A DNA stretch of 64,000 bases from Candidatus Latescibacterota bacterium (GCA_964291625.2 OZ220089.1:928001-992000); one strand, 5' to 3'; positions 46,477 to 56,185 are shown, numbered from the stretch's first letter. Made by a program: numbers and translations. The notes: generated by a model from the letters alone, not told the origin.

Positions 46477-48833
46477 TGTTCGCCCTTGGCCTCCACTACC
46501 TGAACGGGTGGTCGATGGCAGCGGCGGACGGGCCGCGAAAGGAGCGGGCCGAATGGCCGCCGCATCCGGACCGGGTGTTCATGGCGATGGCGGCAGCCTG
46601 GTTCGAGACCGGCGAAGATCCTTCCGAAGGCGAGGCCCTGCGCTGGCTTGAAGCCTTGCCGCCGCCTTCGATTTCGTCCTCGGAGGCTGAGACTCGCGCC
46701 ACTGTCGTTAGCTATGTACCCGTCAACGACGATGGTGGGGGGAAGAAGAGTAGTCCGAAGACCGAGATCGACAAGCTCAGAAACAAAGGCCTGGCTGTCA
46801 TCCCGGAGGATCGGTTGCGCCAGCCCCGTGGTTTTCCGGTTGCCATTCCCCACGACCCGACGGTGCATCTGATCTGGCCAGAGATCGAGGTAGGTACTCA
46901 TCGCGACGCCCTGGAACGGCTGGCCGCCAAGGTCACCCATGTGGGGCATTCCGCCTCCTTTGTACAAGCGTGGCTGGAAGCTAGTCCACCGGACCGCACG
47001 TGGATTCCGGCGACAGGCGTCGCGCTTCGGCGACTGCGCGTGACGAGCCCTGGGCGCTTGAAGAGCCTGGAAACCCGGGTGAACCGAGCCTCCTGGATAG
47101 CCTTCCACGATCTTCGCGGAGAGATCAAGCAAGCTGAAGCGGACCTCAAGGGCATGAAGCAACCGCCAAGGGTGCCCTGGGAGGCATTCCCGGATGTGGT
47201 GATACTGGCCAGTGAGTCCAAGGTCAAGCAGCATCCAGACTATCCCGACGCGAAATCGAGTCACCACGTGCCTGCTGCTGCCAACCTGGTTGACAGCCTG
47301 GTGGACGAGTCGGGAATCACACAGGTCCGATCACTGATCACTGAAGTTAGCGAGCGCGGCGAGCCCCTGTTGGTCAGCGCAAGCGCCTGTGAGGGCGCAG
47401 GCTTCAATGCAATCCCGGCCTCCTTGGCGAAACTGTTGAGCGAGCGCCTGGACACGTCGACCACCAGGACCGTCGTTCAAGCCAATATCGTCAACCATAC
47501 AGGAGCTGACGGCTATGGCCGACTCGCTCGGCAAGCAGTATTCGAAGGAGTGGTTGAGAAGGGAAGCGAATACCTGATGGTTGATGATTTCGTCGGTCAG
47601 GGCGGCACACTGGCAAATCTACGAGGCTGGATCGAGAAAAGGGGCGGCAACGTCGTCGGTGCCGTTGTGCTGGCCGGCAAGCCGTACTCTGCTAAACTGA
47701 ACCCTTCACAGGAGCAACTGCATGAACTCCGACAAGAGCACGGATCAGACTTTGAAGAGTGGTGGAAGGAGCACTTCGGCCACACCTTCGATTGCCTTAC
47801 TCAATCGGAAGCTCGGTACCTCGCCCGCTCCCCGGATGTTGACACCATCGGAGATCGACTTGCTGCGGCAATGCGTAAAGGAAGTGGAAGATGTCACGCA
47901 CGAAGTCCTCGCGAGCAAAAAAGCCACATCGAGGAAATGAAAGCGTGCCTGGATGACCGCTTTCCCAATGGGGAACCCGTGACCCTACGCCCGGCGCCTA
48001 GCCGCTGGCAGGGATACGATAGACCCCTGAAAGACAAGGCCCCCGATGCCTCCAGTTCGGTCTTTGACCCTCGCCTCACAGTCCTCGGCATCAGAGGCCA
48101 GCGCGTGTCCTTACCGGCGACGCTGAAGCTCACGGCGGCCCTGCGCGGCCTATTGACGAAAAAGTGTCCAGAACAGCCGCCGCCCGAGTGGTTCAGCGGC
48201 CACCGTCCGGACGGTACGCCCACCGCCGAACCGCATCTGGCTTTGACTCCGCTCCCCTTCGTTGGCGCGGAACATGCAGATGGCCGCATTATGGGTCTGG
48301 CCATAGTCCTGCCGGCAGACTTGGACCAAGAGGTGGCCGGAAGGTGTCTATCCTTCCTGCACGATTCCGTTACCGGCTTGCCGTGCGAACATCCGTTGTT
48401 CGACGGCCAGTGGTTCGAGTGCGCCATTGACTTGGAAACCCGCGAACGTCCGCCGACGAACCTGGATCCCGGCACCTGGACAAGGGAGTCATGCGTCTGG
48501 GCAAGCGTGACCCCGGTGGTCCTGAACCGACATTTCGACGGCAAGGACAAGTGGGAGCGAGCCGCCGAGAGCGTCAAGGAGATGTGCGGGCACATCGGTC
48601 TGCCGAGACCTCGCCAGGTTCTGCTGCACCCGGTTTCCTTGGTCGAAGGCGTTCCCCATTCGAGGGAGTTTCCACAGTTGACGCGCAAAGGCGGCGGCGG
48701 ACGACGGAGCCACAACCATGCGGTGATCGTCTTCGACGAGCCGGTGCGCGGGCCGGTGCTCCTGGGGGCAGGACGTTTCCGGGGGTATGGTCTTTGCCGC
48801 CCGCTGGATGAACGAGGTCGGGAGCGTGGCTGA
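46476..48833 (+). CDS. csb2: Type I-G Csb2 (Cas5-Cas6 fusion) with an in-frame phosphoribosyltransferase domain insertion
   Basis: EWPPHPDRVFMA, LRWLEALPPP, YVPVND, VGHSASFV at the N-terminus; WASVTPVVL and G-rich GPVLLGAGRFRGYGLCRP at the C-terminus; internal YLMVDDFVGQGGTLA (47571-47615). Confidence 0.92.
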   Translation: MFALGLHYLNGWSMAAADGPRKERAEWPPHPDRVFMAMAAAWFETGEDPSEGEALRWLEALPPPSISSSEAETRATVVSYVPVNDDGGGKKSSPKTEIDKLRNKGLAVIPEDRLRQPRGFPVAIPHDPTVHLIWPEIEVGTHRDALERLAAKVTHVGHSASFVQAWLEASPPDRTWIPATGVALRRLRVTSPGRLKSLETRVNRASWIAFHDLRGEIKQAEADLKGMKQPPRVPWEAFPDVVILASESKVKQHPDYPDAKSSHHVPAAANLVDSLVDESGITQVRSLITEVSERGEPLLVSASACEGAGFNAIPASLAKLLSERLDTSTTRTVVQANIVNHTGADGYGRLARQAVFEGVVEKGSEYLMVDDFVGQGGTLANLRGWIEKRGGNVVGAVVLAGKPYSAKLNPSQEQLHELRQEHGSDFEEWWKEHFGHTFDCLTQSEARYLARSPDVDTIGDRLAAAMRKGSGRCHARSPREQKSHIEEMKACLDDRFPNGEPVTLRPAPSRWQGYDRPLKDKAPDASSSVFDPRLTVLGIRGQRVSLPATLKLTAALRGLLTKKCPEQPPPEWFSGHRPDGTPTAEPHLALTPLPFVGAEHADGRIMGLAIVLPADLDQEVAGRCLSFLHDSVTGLPCEHPLFDGQWFECAIDLETRERPPTNLDPGTWTRESCVWASVTPVVLNRHFDGKDKWERAAESVKEMCGHIGLPRPRQVLLHPVSLVEGVPHSREFPQLTRKGGGGRRSHNHAVIVFDEPVRGPVLLGAGRFRGYGLCRPLDERGRERG

Positions 48834-51800
48834 GTTGAAGCATGGGCCGATGTCCGACGAGCGGAAGCTCGAGTCGATCAAGAGCCTGACGAAGGGTGAG
48901 GCTGGCGTCTCCGGCCAGAGCGACGTTCAGATGGGGCACGCCGAGTTGAGCAGTACAGATTTCGCCGAGTTCTTTGCTGCATTGTGGGGCCATCCCCCCT
49001 TCGCGTGGCAGCAGGCACTTGCGGATAGAGTCCTGGGAAATGCAGAGACGCCTTGGCCCGAAGCCATCGCCCTGCCGACCGCCTCCGGCAAGACCGCGTG
49101 CCTGGACATAGCGATCTTCGCGCTGGCGGTTCAGGCGGTTCGGCTGGACCGGAAGCAGGCGATCACCGCGCCGCGCCGCATTTTCTTCGTGGTGGATCGG
49201 CGCGTAATAGTGGATGAGGCCCATGAACGCGCCTGCCGGATGGCGAAGAAACTGGTAGATGCTGAGGACGGCATTCTGAAGACGGTTGCGGACAATCTCC
49301 GTAGAATCGCTCGCGGGGGGATGGCCGGATCGGCGAAGGAACTTCCGCTCGCTGCCCATGTACTGCGCGGCGGCATGTACCGGTCGGAGGCATGGGCGCG
49401 CCATCCGCTGCAACCGGCGGTCGTGGCCTCGACCGTCGATCAGGTTGGCTCCCGCCTGTTGTTCCGCGCCTACGGACGCAGCCCCGGCACCTGGCCGATC
49501 TACGCCGGGCTCATCGCCAACGACAGCCTGATCCTGCTCGACGAAGCGCACTGCGCGCAGCCGTTCCTGCAGACCTTGCAGGCGGTGAGGCGTTTCCGGA
49601 CGTGGGCGCTTGCTCCTCTGGATCGTCCGTTTCATCCCGTGGTCATGTCGGCCACACCTCCTCCTGGAACAGCGGACGTCTTCGAAGACCCGTCAGGCGA
49701 AGGTCGTGATCCGGATCATCCGCTGGGTCGCCGACAACTGGCGCGCAAGCCCACCGTATTGCAGACAGTCGAGAGAGCCCGGGGGAAGCGGGCCTCGAGT
49801 GAGCTGGCCAAAGCCTTGGCCGAGTCCGCCTCCGGGTTGATCAACGACGACCGCCGCGCCGTCGTGGTGTTCGTCAACCGAGTCGCCGCGGCGCGGGAGA
49901 CTCACCGGCTGTTGGCCTCCGACTACCGGGACCGTGCTCTCCTGCTCACCGGGCGCATGCGTCCCGTCGACAAGGATATCGTCCAGCAACGCCTGCAATT
50001 ACTGGGGTCTGCTCTGGCCACCGAGCGCTCTCTGGATGCGCCATGGATCGTCGTCGCTACGCAGACTCTGGAGGTCGGGGCCGACCTCGATTTCGATGGT
50101 CTTGTGACGGAATGCGCCAGCCTCGACGCCCTGCGTCAGCGCTTTGGCCGCTTGAACCGCATGGGACGACCGATCGAAGCGCGAGCAGTGATCCTCGTGC
50201 GCGGCGACCAAGACGACTCCGGGAAGGCGCAGGACGACCCCGTTTACGGCAAGGCCCTGACCAATACCTGGACATGGCTTAACAAGCTCAAGAACGAGGA
50301 CGATGAGGTTGACTTCGGCATCGCCCATATCGCGGAATACCTCCCCCAGGGCGATGCACTGGACCGGCTCAATGCCCCCGCCGTCGATGCCCCGGTGATG
50401 CTTCCCGCCCACGTCGATTGCTGGGCGCAGACAGCGCCGAAGCCGGCACCCTCCCCTGACGTGGCCCTGTTTCTGCGCGGCCCTCGGGAAGGCGCTGCTG
50501 ACGTACAGGTCTGCTGGCGCGCCGACTTGCTTCTGACGACCGAGGAAGGGCGAATGCACGCGCTGCAGTCATTGTACTTGTGTCCGCCGTGCAGCAGCGA
50601 AACGCTGCCGGTGCCGATCAGCATGTTCAGGGGTTGGCTGGCCGGAGAAGACGCGGAAGATGACAGCAGCGACGTGGAGGGCAGCGCCGCGCCTGGCGAT
50701 AGGGACGAAGAGAGCGTCCTCCATCCAGGTCGCGAGGTGATCCGGTGGAAAGGAGCCGAAACGAAGGCAGGGGACATCACGGCCGACCCCGGGGACATTC
50801 GTCCGGGCGATGTTATCGTCGTCCCCGCCACGCACCCCCTCCCGCGTCATCGGCTTGGAGACCTGTCGCCGGACCTGGACGTAGGAGACCGCGCCTGCCG
50901 TCTCGCGCGGGCAAGACCCATCCTGCGCATCCACAGGGACTTGGTGGACGCCTGGCCGGACACCGGCTCAACCAGCGAAGGCGCTCGTGAGTTGCTGAAG
51001 GACCTGGATCGTCGATTCGAGGACGACCCGGATGGGATCACCGGTGACTTGCGCCACCTGCTCACAGAGCTTTCTGACTCGCCCGAAGCGACTTGGCTAT
51101 CAACAGCGGCAAGGGAACTCTGCGCGGAGTCCAGACTCGACCACGCCTACCACGTGGTCGGCAACAGCATCGTCCTCGTCGGACGCCGTCCGATACCTTC
51201 GCTCACCCACGGCGCCGACAGCTTCAGCGACGAAGACGACGTGGCCACTTCCGGCACATCGCATGGCAATGGGGCCCCCGTTAGACTTCCGACCCACCTG
51301 TCCGGGGTCGAGGCCCTCGCCCGCTGCCATGCCTCCGCATGTGGATTGCCCGAAGACCTGGTCGAGACCATTGCCCGCGCGGGCCGGCTCCACGACTTGG
51401 GCAAGACCGATCGACGGTTCCAGTCCCTGCTGCGGGGCGGCGCTCCCTGGCTCGGCGGGGAACCGCTCGCCAAATCGGCTGGACTCCCCAGAACCCGCGC
51501 TGCCCGGGCGCGGGCGCGCAGGGACTCCGGCTATCCGGAAGGGGGGCGACATGAACTGTTGTCGACAAGGCTGGCCGAGAGTGCGCCGGCCCTGCTTCCT
51601 GACCGGGAGGACCTGCGCGATCTGATCCTCCACCTGATTGCCAGTCATCACGGCCACTGCCGGCCCTTCGCGCCGGTGGTGAGCGACGAGCAGGGCGTGG
51701 ACGTGGACTTCGAGTGGAGCGGACATCGCGCGCAATGGTCCGGGGCCACTGGGCTCGAACGCCTCGACTCCGGGGTCTCAGACCGATACTGGAAGCTGGT

Positions 51801-51903
51801 GCGGCTCTATGGCTGGTGGGGCTTGGCTTGGCTGGAGGCTCTTCTGCGGCTTGCGGACTGGCGGCAGAGCGATCTGGAGGAGGAGACAGATGACGGCCAG
51901 TGA
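48826..51903 (+). CDS. cas3: Type I-G Cas3 (SF2 helicase with C-terminal HD nuclease)
   Basis: PFAWQ, LPTASGKT, VVDRRVIVD, DEAH, MSAT, QRFGRLNR; C-terminal HDLGK, RHE, SHHG, LRLAD. Start uncertain (GTG 48826 or ATG 48931). Confidence 0.95.
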   Translation: MAELKHGPMSDERKLESIKSLTKGEAGVSGQSDVQMGHAELSSTDFAEFFAALWGHPPFAWQQALADRVLGNAETPWPEAIALPTASGKTACLDIAIFALAVQAVRLDRKQAITAPRRIFFVVDRRVIVDEAHERACRMAKKLVDAEDGILKTVADNLRRIARGGMAGSAKELPLAAHVLRGGMYRSEAWARHPLQPAVVASTVDQVGSRLLFRAYGRSPGTWPIYAGLIANDSLILLDEAHCAQPFLQTLQAVRRFRTWALAPLDRPFHPVVMSATPPPGTADVFEDPSGEGRDPDHPLGRRQLARKPTVLQTVERARGKRASSELAKALAESASGLINDDRRAVVVFVNRVAAARETHRLLASDYRDRALLLTGRMRPVDKDIVQQRLQLLGSALATERSLDAPWIVVATQTLEVGADLDFDGLVTECASLDALRQRFGRLNRMGRPIEARAVILVRGDQDDSGKAQDDPVYGKALTNTWTWLNKLKNEDDEVDFGIAHIAEYLPQGDALDRLNAPAVDAPVMLPAHVDCWAQTAPKPAPSPDVALFLRGPREGAADVQVCWRADLLLTTEEGRMHALQSLYLCPPCSSETLPVPISMFRGWLAGEDAEDDSSDVEGSAAPGDRDEESVLHPGREVIRWKGAETKAGDITADPGDIRPGDVIVVPATHPLPRHRLGDLSPDLDVGDRACRLARARPILRIHRDLVDAWPDTGSTSEGARELLKDLDRRFEDDPDGITGDLRHLLTELSDSPEATWLSTAARELCAESRLDHAYHVVGNSIVLVGRRPIPSLTHGADSFSDEDDVATSGTSHGNGAPVRLPTHLSGVEALARCHASACGLPEDLVETIARAGRLHDLGKTDRRFQSLLRGGAPWLGGEPLAKSAGLPRTRAARARARRDSGYPEGGRHELLSTRLAESAPALLPDREDLRDLILHLIASHHGHCRPFAPVVSDEQGVDVDFEWSGHRAQWSGATGLERLDSGVSDRYWKLVRLYGWWGLAWLEALLRLADWRQSDLEEETDDGQ

Positions 51904-52819
51904 GTCTCCGGGCTTGTTGCTCAACGGCCTCGATGGCAGCAATCCACTGGGATTCCTCGCGGCCGTCGGGGTCTTGAGGACTGTGGCTGAGGCCGACTCT
52001 TGCCCGGACTGGCGAGTGCGTTGGGAACTGCGGGAGGGCAGCTGGTCCCCTGTGCTACTGGGAGACACAACCCTGGCCGCAGATGGTCTGATCCAAATCC
52101 TCATGCCCACCCTGATGGGAATGAAGGGCCATCCTGCGCTATCCTTCGCCGATGACCTGACGCTGAGTTGCGCTGACTTCCGGGGAGTGGCTCTGTCCGC
52201 TTGCGACGCTGCCGATCCCAGCGATCGACGCCATGCCGACTTCATGGCCGCCTTCGGCTGCGACAGCCACCCCATCTCTCCCAAGGATCCGCGCATCCAG
52301 GACACAGCGCTGCGAACCATGAGCGGCGCAGGACATCAGCACTTCATCGGCTCGATGCGAGAACTGGTGCAAGAGACCGATGCCGCTCATTTGCGCGCTT
52401 CCCTGTTCGAGCCGTGGCAGTATGCGGATCCCAAGCCGAGCCTTCGCTGGGATCCTGTGGACGACCGCAGGTACGCCCTACGTTGGAGAGCTCCTTCGGG
52501 CGACCCGGTGCGCACCATGCGCGGGGCCAACCGTCTCGCCGTGGAGGCACTGCCCCTTTTTCCGACCGCGCCCGGGGAACGGCGGCTCCAAACGACCGGC
52601 TTTTCCCAGCGCCGGGGCCAGGGCGTGCTGTTCACTTGGCCGATCTGGGAAGGGCCATTGAACATCGATACCCTGCGCTCACTGCTCGGCATGGCCGAAC
52701 TGCAGGAGCCTCGCCCGGATCGAGAGATTCTTCGAGCAAGAGGAGTCGTCGAGATCTACCGGAGTCAGCGCATCACCGAGGGCAAGTATCGCAACTTCAC
52801 CCCTGCTCTACCTGCATGA
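51890..52819 (+). CDS. csb3: Type I-G large subunit, short form (Cas8g2/Csb3)
   Basis: GLDGSNPLGFLAAVG, MSGAGHQHF, LRWDPVDDRRYA, GANRLAVEALPLFP, FTWPIW; 309 aa; follows cas3. Confidence 0.8.
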   Translation: MTASESPGLLLNGLDGSNPLGFLAAVGVLRTVAEADSCPDWRVRWELREGSWSPVLLGDTTLAADGLIQILMPTLMGMKGHPALSFADDLTLSCADFRGVALSACDAADPSDRRHADFMAAFGCDSHPISPKDPRIQDTALRTMSGAGHQHFIGSMRELVQETDAAHLRASLFEPWQYADPKPSLRWDPVDDRRYALRWRAPSGDPVRTMRGANRLAVEALPLFPTAPGERRLQTTGFSQRRGQGVLFTWPIWEGPLNIDTLRSLLGMAELQEPRPDREILRARGVVEIYRSQRITEGKYRNFTPALPA

Positions 52820-52863
52820 CCACCGCTGCGCCAAGCGACATGCCTCCTGACGGGGGAACATCC

Positions 52864-53970
52864 ATGCCCCGACGCAGACTCCCCATAGGCATCCAGACCC
52901 TCCGCGAGATCCGCGAGCAAGGCTGCTACTACGTCGACAAGACCCCGCACATCCGGTGGCTGCTCGACGGGGGCAAGCACTACTTCCTCACCCGCCCCCC
53001 GGGCTTCGGCAAAAGTCTGTTCCTCGACACCTGCAAGGAGCTGTTCGAGGGCAACGAACCCCTGTTCGAGGGGCTGGACATCCACGAGCACTGGGACTGG
53101 ACGGCGCGCCACCCGGTCGTTCGCCTCGACTTCAGCAGTGGCAACTTCGGCAACTACCAGGGACCGGAAGACCTGCGGACGGAACTGGCGGCGCAGTTGA
53201 GCGTCATGGAGCACCAAGCAAAGGTAACCCCTCGCTACGCCGACCCGTCTATCCGTCTCGGGCGCCTGCTCGAGGAGCTGCACGAGCGTACCGGCCGCCG
53301 CGTGGCAGTCCTCGTGGACGAGTACGAGAAGCCGGTCCTGGACAACCTCGACACCCCCGAAACCGCCCGCGCCATCCGCGACTACCTGTTCGGGTTCTAC
53401 GCGACCATCAAGTCCAGCGACGCCGACATCTACTTCAGCCTTGTCACCGGGGTCCACAAGTTTCCCCTGGCCGGGCCCTTCTCCGGCCTCAACAACCTGA
53501 TCGACATCACCCTGGATCCGCGCTGTGCCGCCATTTGCGGCTTCACCGATTCGGAACTGGACGGGGTGTTCGCCCCTGAGTTGCCGGGCCTCGACCGGGG
53601 CGAAATCCGCGCCTGGTACAACGGCTACAACTGCCGGGGCGATGAGAAGCTCTACAAGCCCTTCGACATCCTGCGGCTCTTCGACAAGCGCGAGTTCGGC
53701 GCCTGGCAGTGCGGGACCGGCCTTTCGGCCTTCCTGGTGGAAGAGCTGACCGGACGCGGGATCCGCTCCGCTGATCTGGACGAAATGCTGGGCACCCCCA
53801 ACCTGCTTGCCACGTTCGACGTGGAGCAATTGACGACGGAGGCGCTGCTGTTCCAGGCCGGCTACATCACGATCACGGAGGAACGGGAACGCGGCCACAG
53901 GTTGTTCTTTGGTCTGGGTTGTCCCAACCGCGCCGCACGCACACGACTCGACAAGGCACTGCGTACTTGA
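52864..53970 (+). CDS. AAA-ATPase-like (PF09820-type) protein lacking the usual C-terminal PD-(D/E)XK nuclease
   Basis: LPIGIQT...YYVDKT, RPPGFGKS (Walker A), VLVDEYEKP (Walker B), FSGLNNL, WYNGY, LLFQAGY; ends shortly after PN. Confidence 0.85.
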   Translation: MPRRRLPIGIQTLREIREQGCYYVDKTPHIRWLLDGGKHYFLTRPPGFGKSLFLDTCKELFEGNEPLFEGLDIHEHWDWTARHPVVRLDFSSGNFGNYQGPEDLRTELAAQLSVMEHQAKVTPRYADPSIRLGRLLEELHERTGRRVAVLVDEYEKPVLDNLDTPETARAIRDYLFGFYATIKSSDADIYFSLVTGVHKFPLAGPFSGLNNLIDITLDPRCAAICGFTDSELDGVFAPELPGLDRGEIRAWYNGYNCRGDEKLYKPFDILRLFDKREFGAWQCGTGLSAFLVEELTGRGIRSADLDEMLGTPNLLATFDVEQLTTEALLFQAGYITITEERERGHRLFFGLGCPNRAARTRLDKALRT

Positions 53971-55679
53971 GCGAACACCGCCAGCTCTCCCTCCCGCTGC
54001 CCCCGGCGCCGGCCGATGGCGACACGCCCCTCGTGCCTGCCCGCATGGTGAACGAGTGGGTCTACTGCCCGCGCCTGGCCTACCTGGAGTGGGTGGAGGG
54101 CGAGTGGGCCGAGAGCGGGGACACGGCCGAGGGGCGGCGCGCCCACGTGAGGGTCGACGAGGGCGGGGGCCGCCTGCCGGACCCCGACGAACTCGGAGAG
54201 GAGAAGGCCCGGGCGCGGTCGGTCACCCTCTCGTCCGAACGCCTCGGCGTGATCGCCAAGATGGACGTGGTGGAGACCGGCGACGGCCTGGCCATGCCCG
54301 TGGACTTCAAGAAGGGCAAGCGGCCCCACGTCGCCGCCGGCGCCTACGATCCCGAGCGCGTCCAGCTCTGCGTGCAGGCCATGATCCTGGAGGACAACGG
54401 CTACAAGGTCGAGCAGGCGGCCTTGTGGTACGCGGGCTCTCGCGAGCGGGTGCGGATCGTCCTGGACCCGGAGCTGCGGGCCACGACCCTGGAGGCGATC
54501 ACGGGCCTGCGCTCCGCCGCGACTGCGGGTCATCGGCCGCCGCCGCTCGAGGACAGCCCCAAGTGCCCCCGCTGCTCGCTGGCCGGGATCTGCCTGCCCG
54601 ACGAGACCAACCTCTTCCGCAAGGGCAATCCCCCGCGCCCCCTCAACCCCTCCGACGACCCGGCCCTGCCCCTCTACGTCCAGACCCCGGGAGCGCGGGT
54701 CCGAAAGACCGGCGACCGCCTGCGGGTGGAGACCGAAGAGGAGAAGGTGGAAGTCCCCTTGATCGATGTCTCCCAGGTCTCGCTCTTCGGTCCCGTCTCG
54801 CTGACCACCCCGGCCCTGCACGAGCTCATGCGCGCCGGGATTCCCGTGTCCTGGTTCTCCACGGGCGGCTGGTTCCTCGGCCACACCACCGGCACCGGCC
54901 ATGGCAACGCGGCCGTGCGCGAGGCCCAGTACCGGACCGCCTTCGACAAGCGCAGCAGCCTGGCCTTCGCGCGGGACCTCGTGGCCGCCAAGGTGCGCAA
55001 CTCGCGTACGCTGTTGCGCCGCAACTGGCGCGTCGACGGCGACGCGGAGGAGAAAAACGAAGTGCTGGTGCGGCTGAAAGGAGTCGCCCGGCGGGTGCCC
55101 CGCGCCGAGGACGACCGGCAACTGCTGGGCCTGGAGGGGGAGGCCGCGGCCGTCTACTTCGCCGCCTTCGAGAGCATGCTGGCCAAGAGTGCGGGACAGG
55201 ACCTGGGCGGCTTCTCCTTCGACAAGCGCAACCGGCGCCCGCCCACCGATCCGGTGAACGCGACCCTGTCCCTGGCCTACTCCCTGTTGACCCGCCACTT
55301 CACGACGGCGATCTCGGCGACCGGACTGGACCCCTACATGGGCCTCTACCACCGGCCCCGTCACGGCCGGCCGGCCTTGGCCCTGGACCTGATGGAACCC
55401 TTCCGTCCCATCGTCGCGGACTCCTGCGTCGTCCAGGCGATCAACAACGGCGAGATCAAGCCGGGCGACTTCGTCTTCAACGGGGCCGCGTGTTCGTTGA
55501 AGCCCGCCGGCCGCAAGGCTTTCCTCGCATCCTTCGAGCGCCGCCTGGAGCAGGAGACCACCCACCCCCTCTTCGGGTACCGCGTCTCCATGCGCCGGCT
55601 CATCGAGGTGCAGGCCCGCTTGCTCGCCCGCCACCTGCAGGGCGAGATCGTCCCCTATCCGCACTATCTTCCCCGGTAG
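53967..55679 (+). CDS. cas1: Cas4-Cas1 fusion
   Basis: Cas4: YCPR, D...DFKKG, QLCVQ, CPRCSLAGIC. Cas1: LLGLEGEAA, RRPPTDPVNATLS, GLYH, LALDLMEPFRP. TTG start overlaps the upstream stop. Confidence 0.95.
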   Translation: MSEHRQLSLPLPPAPADGDTPLVPARMVNEWVYCPRLAYLEWVEGEWAESGDTAEGRRAHVRVDEGGGRLPDPDELGEEKARARSVTLSSERLGVIAKMDVVETGDGLAMPVDFKKGKRPHVAAGAYDPERVQLCVQAMILEDNGYKVEQAALWYAGSRERVRIVLDPELRATTLEAITGLRSAATAGHRPPPLEDSPKCPRCSLAGICLPDETNLFRKGNPPRPLNPSDDPALPLYVQTPGARVRKTGDRLRVETEEEKVEVPLIDVSQVSLFGPVSLTTPALHELMRAGIPVSWFSTGGWFLGHTTGTGHGNAAVREAQYRTAFDKRSSLAFARDLVAAKVRNSRTLLRRNWRVDGDAEEKNEVLVRLKGVARRVPRAEDDRQLLGLEGEAAAVYFAAFESMLAKSAGQDLGGFSFDKRNRRPPTDPVNATLSLAYSLLTRHFTTAISATGLDPYMGLYHRPRHGRPALALDLMEPFRPIVADSCVVQAINNGEIKPGDFVFNGAACSLKPAGRKAFLASFERRLEQETTHPLFGYRVSMRRLIEVQARLLARHLQGEIVPYPHYLPR

Positions 55680-55683
55680 CCGC

Positions 55684-55977
55684 ATGGCCACGGAACGACT
55701 CTACATCGTCGCCTACGACATCTCCAAACCGAAACGGTGGCGCCGCGTGTTCAAGACGATGAAGGGCTACGGCCACTGGGTGCAGTTGTCGGTCTTCCAG
55801 TGCCGGCTGACGGCCCGTCGCCGCGCCGAGATGGCCGCCCGGCTGGACGGCCTGATCATGCCGGCCGAGGACCACGTCCTGATCGTGGACCTTGGCCCCG
55901 CGGACCAAGTCGATCCTCACGTGGAAAGCCTGGGCAAAGGCTATGCAGCGCCCGTCCGGCAGGCTACGATCGTCTGA
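55684..55977 (+). CDS. cas2: Cas2
   Basis: YIVAYDISKPKRWRRV...VQLSVFQC...DLGP. Confidence 0.96.
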   Translation: MATERLYIVAYDISKPKRWRRVFKTMKGYGHWVQLSVFQCRLTARRRAEMAARLDGLIMPAEDHVLIVDLGPADQVDPHVESLGKGYAAPVRQATIV

Positions 55978-56185
55978 GGATACTGCCGGTGCCCCTGCGA
56001 GCGCTCCAGTGCAAGACCGATTCGCCGGGGAGCCCTCGCACCCGCGCTACCTCATGGGTGACAACGAGATAGGTCCATTCCACCCGATGCCCTGTAGCAA
56101 CGAATCACATCCCGAGAGAGCGCCAGGCCCAGAGCTCGCAGTCCGCCTGTCAACCGTCTACCGCGCAAGGAGATAGCGCGGGGCC
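55978..56185 (+). promoter_or_regulatory. CRISPR leader
   Basis: Non-coding gap between cas2 and repeat 1, containing TGCGAG (55996) inverted to CTCGCA (56035-56040) and a direct CTCGCA copy 100 bp later (56135-56140). Confidence 0.8.

Noticed and set aside
47165-47915. Csb2 insert as an intein or IS
   Set aside because: No Cys/Ser start with His-Asn end, no homing endonuclease or transposase motifs, no terminal inverted repeats; it has a PRTase motif instead.
45268-55977. Missing stand-alone cas5 and cas6, or a CRISPR-associated transposon
   Set aside because: Csb2 supplies Cas5/Cas6 in type I-G; cas3 is intact and no tns genes are present.
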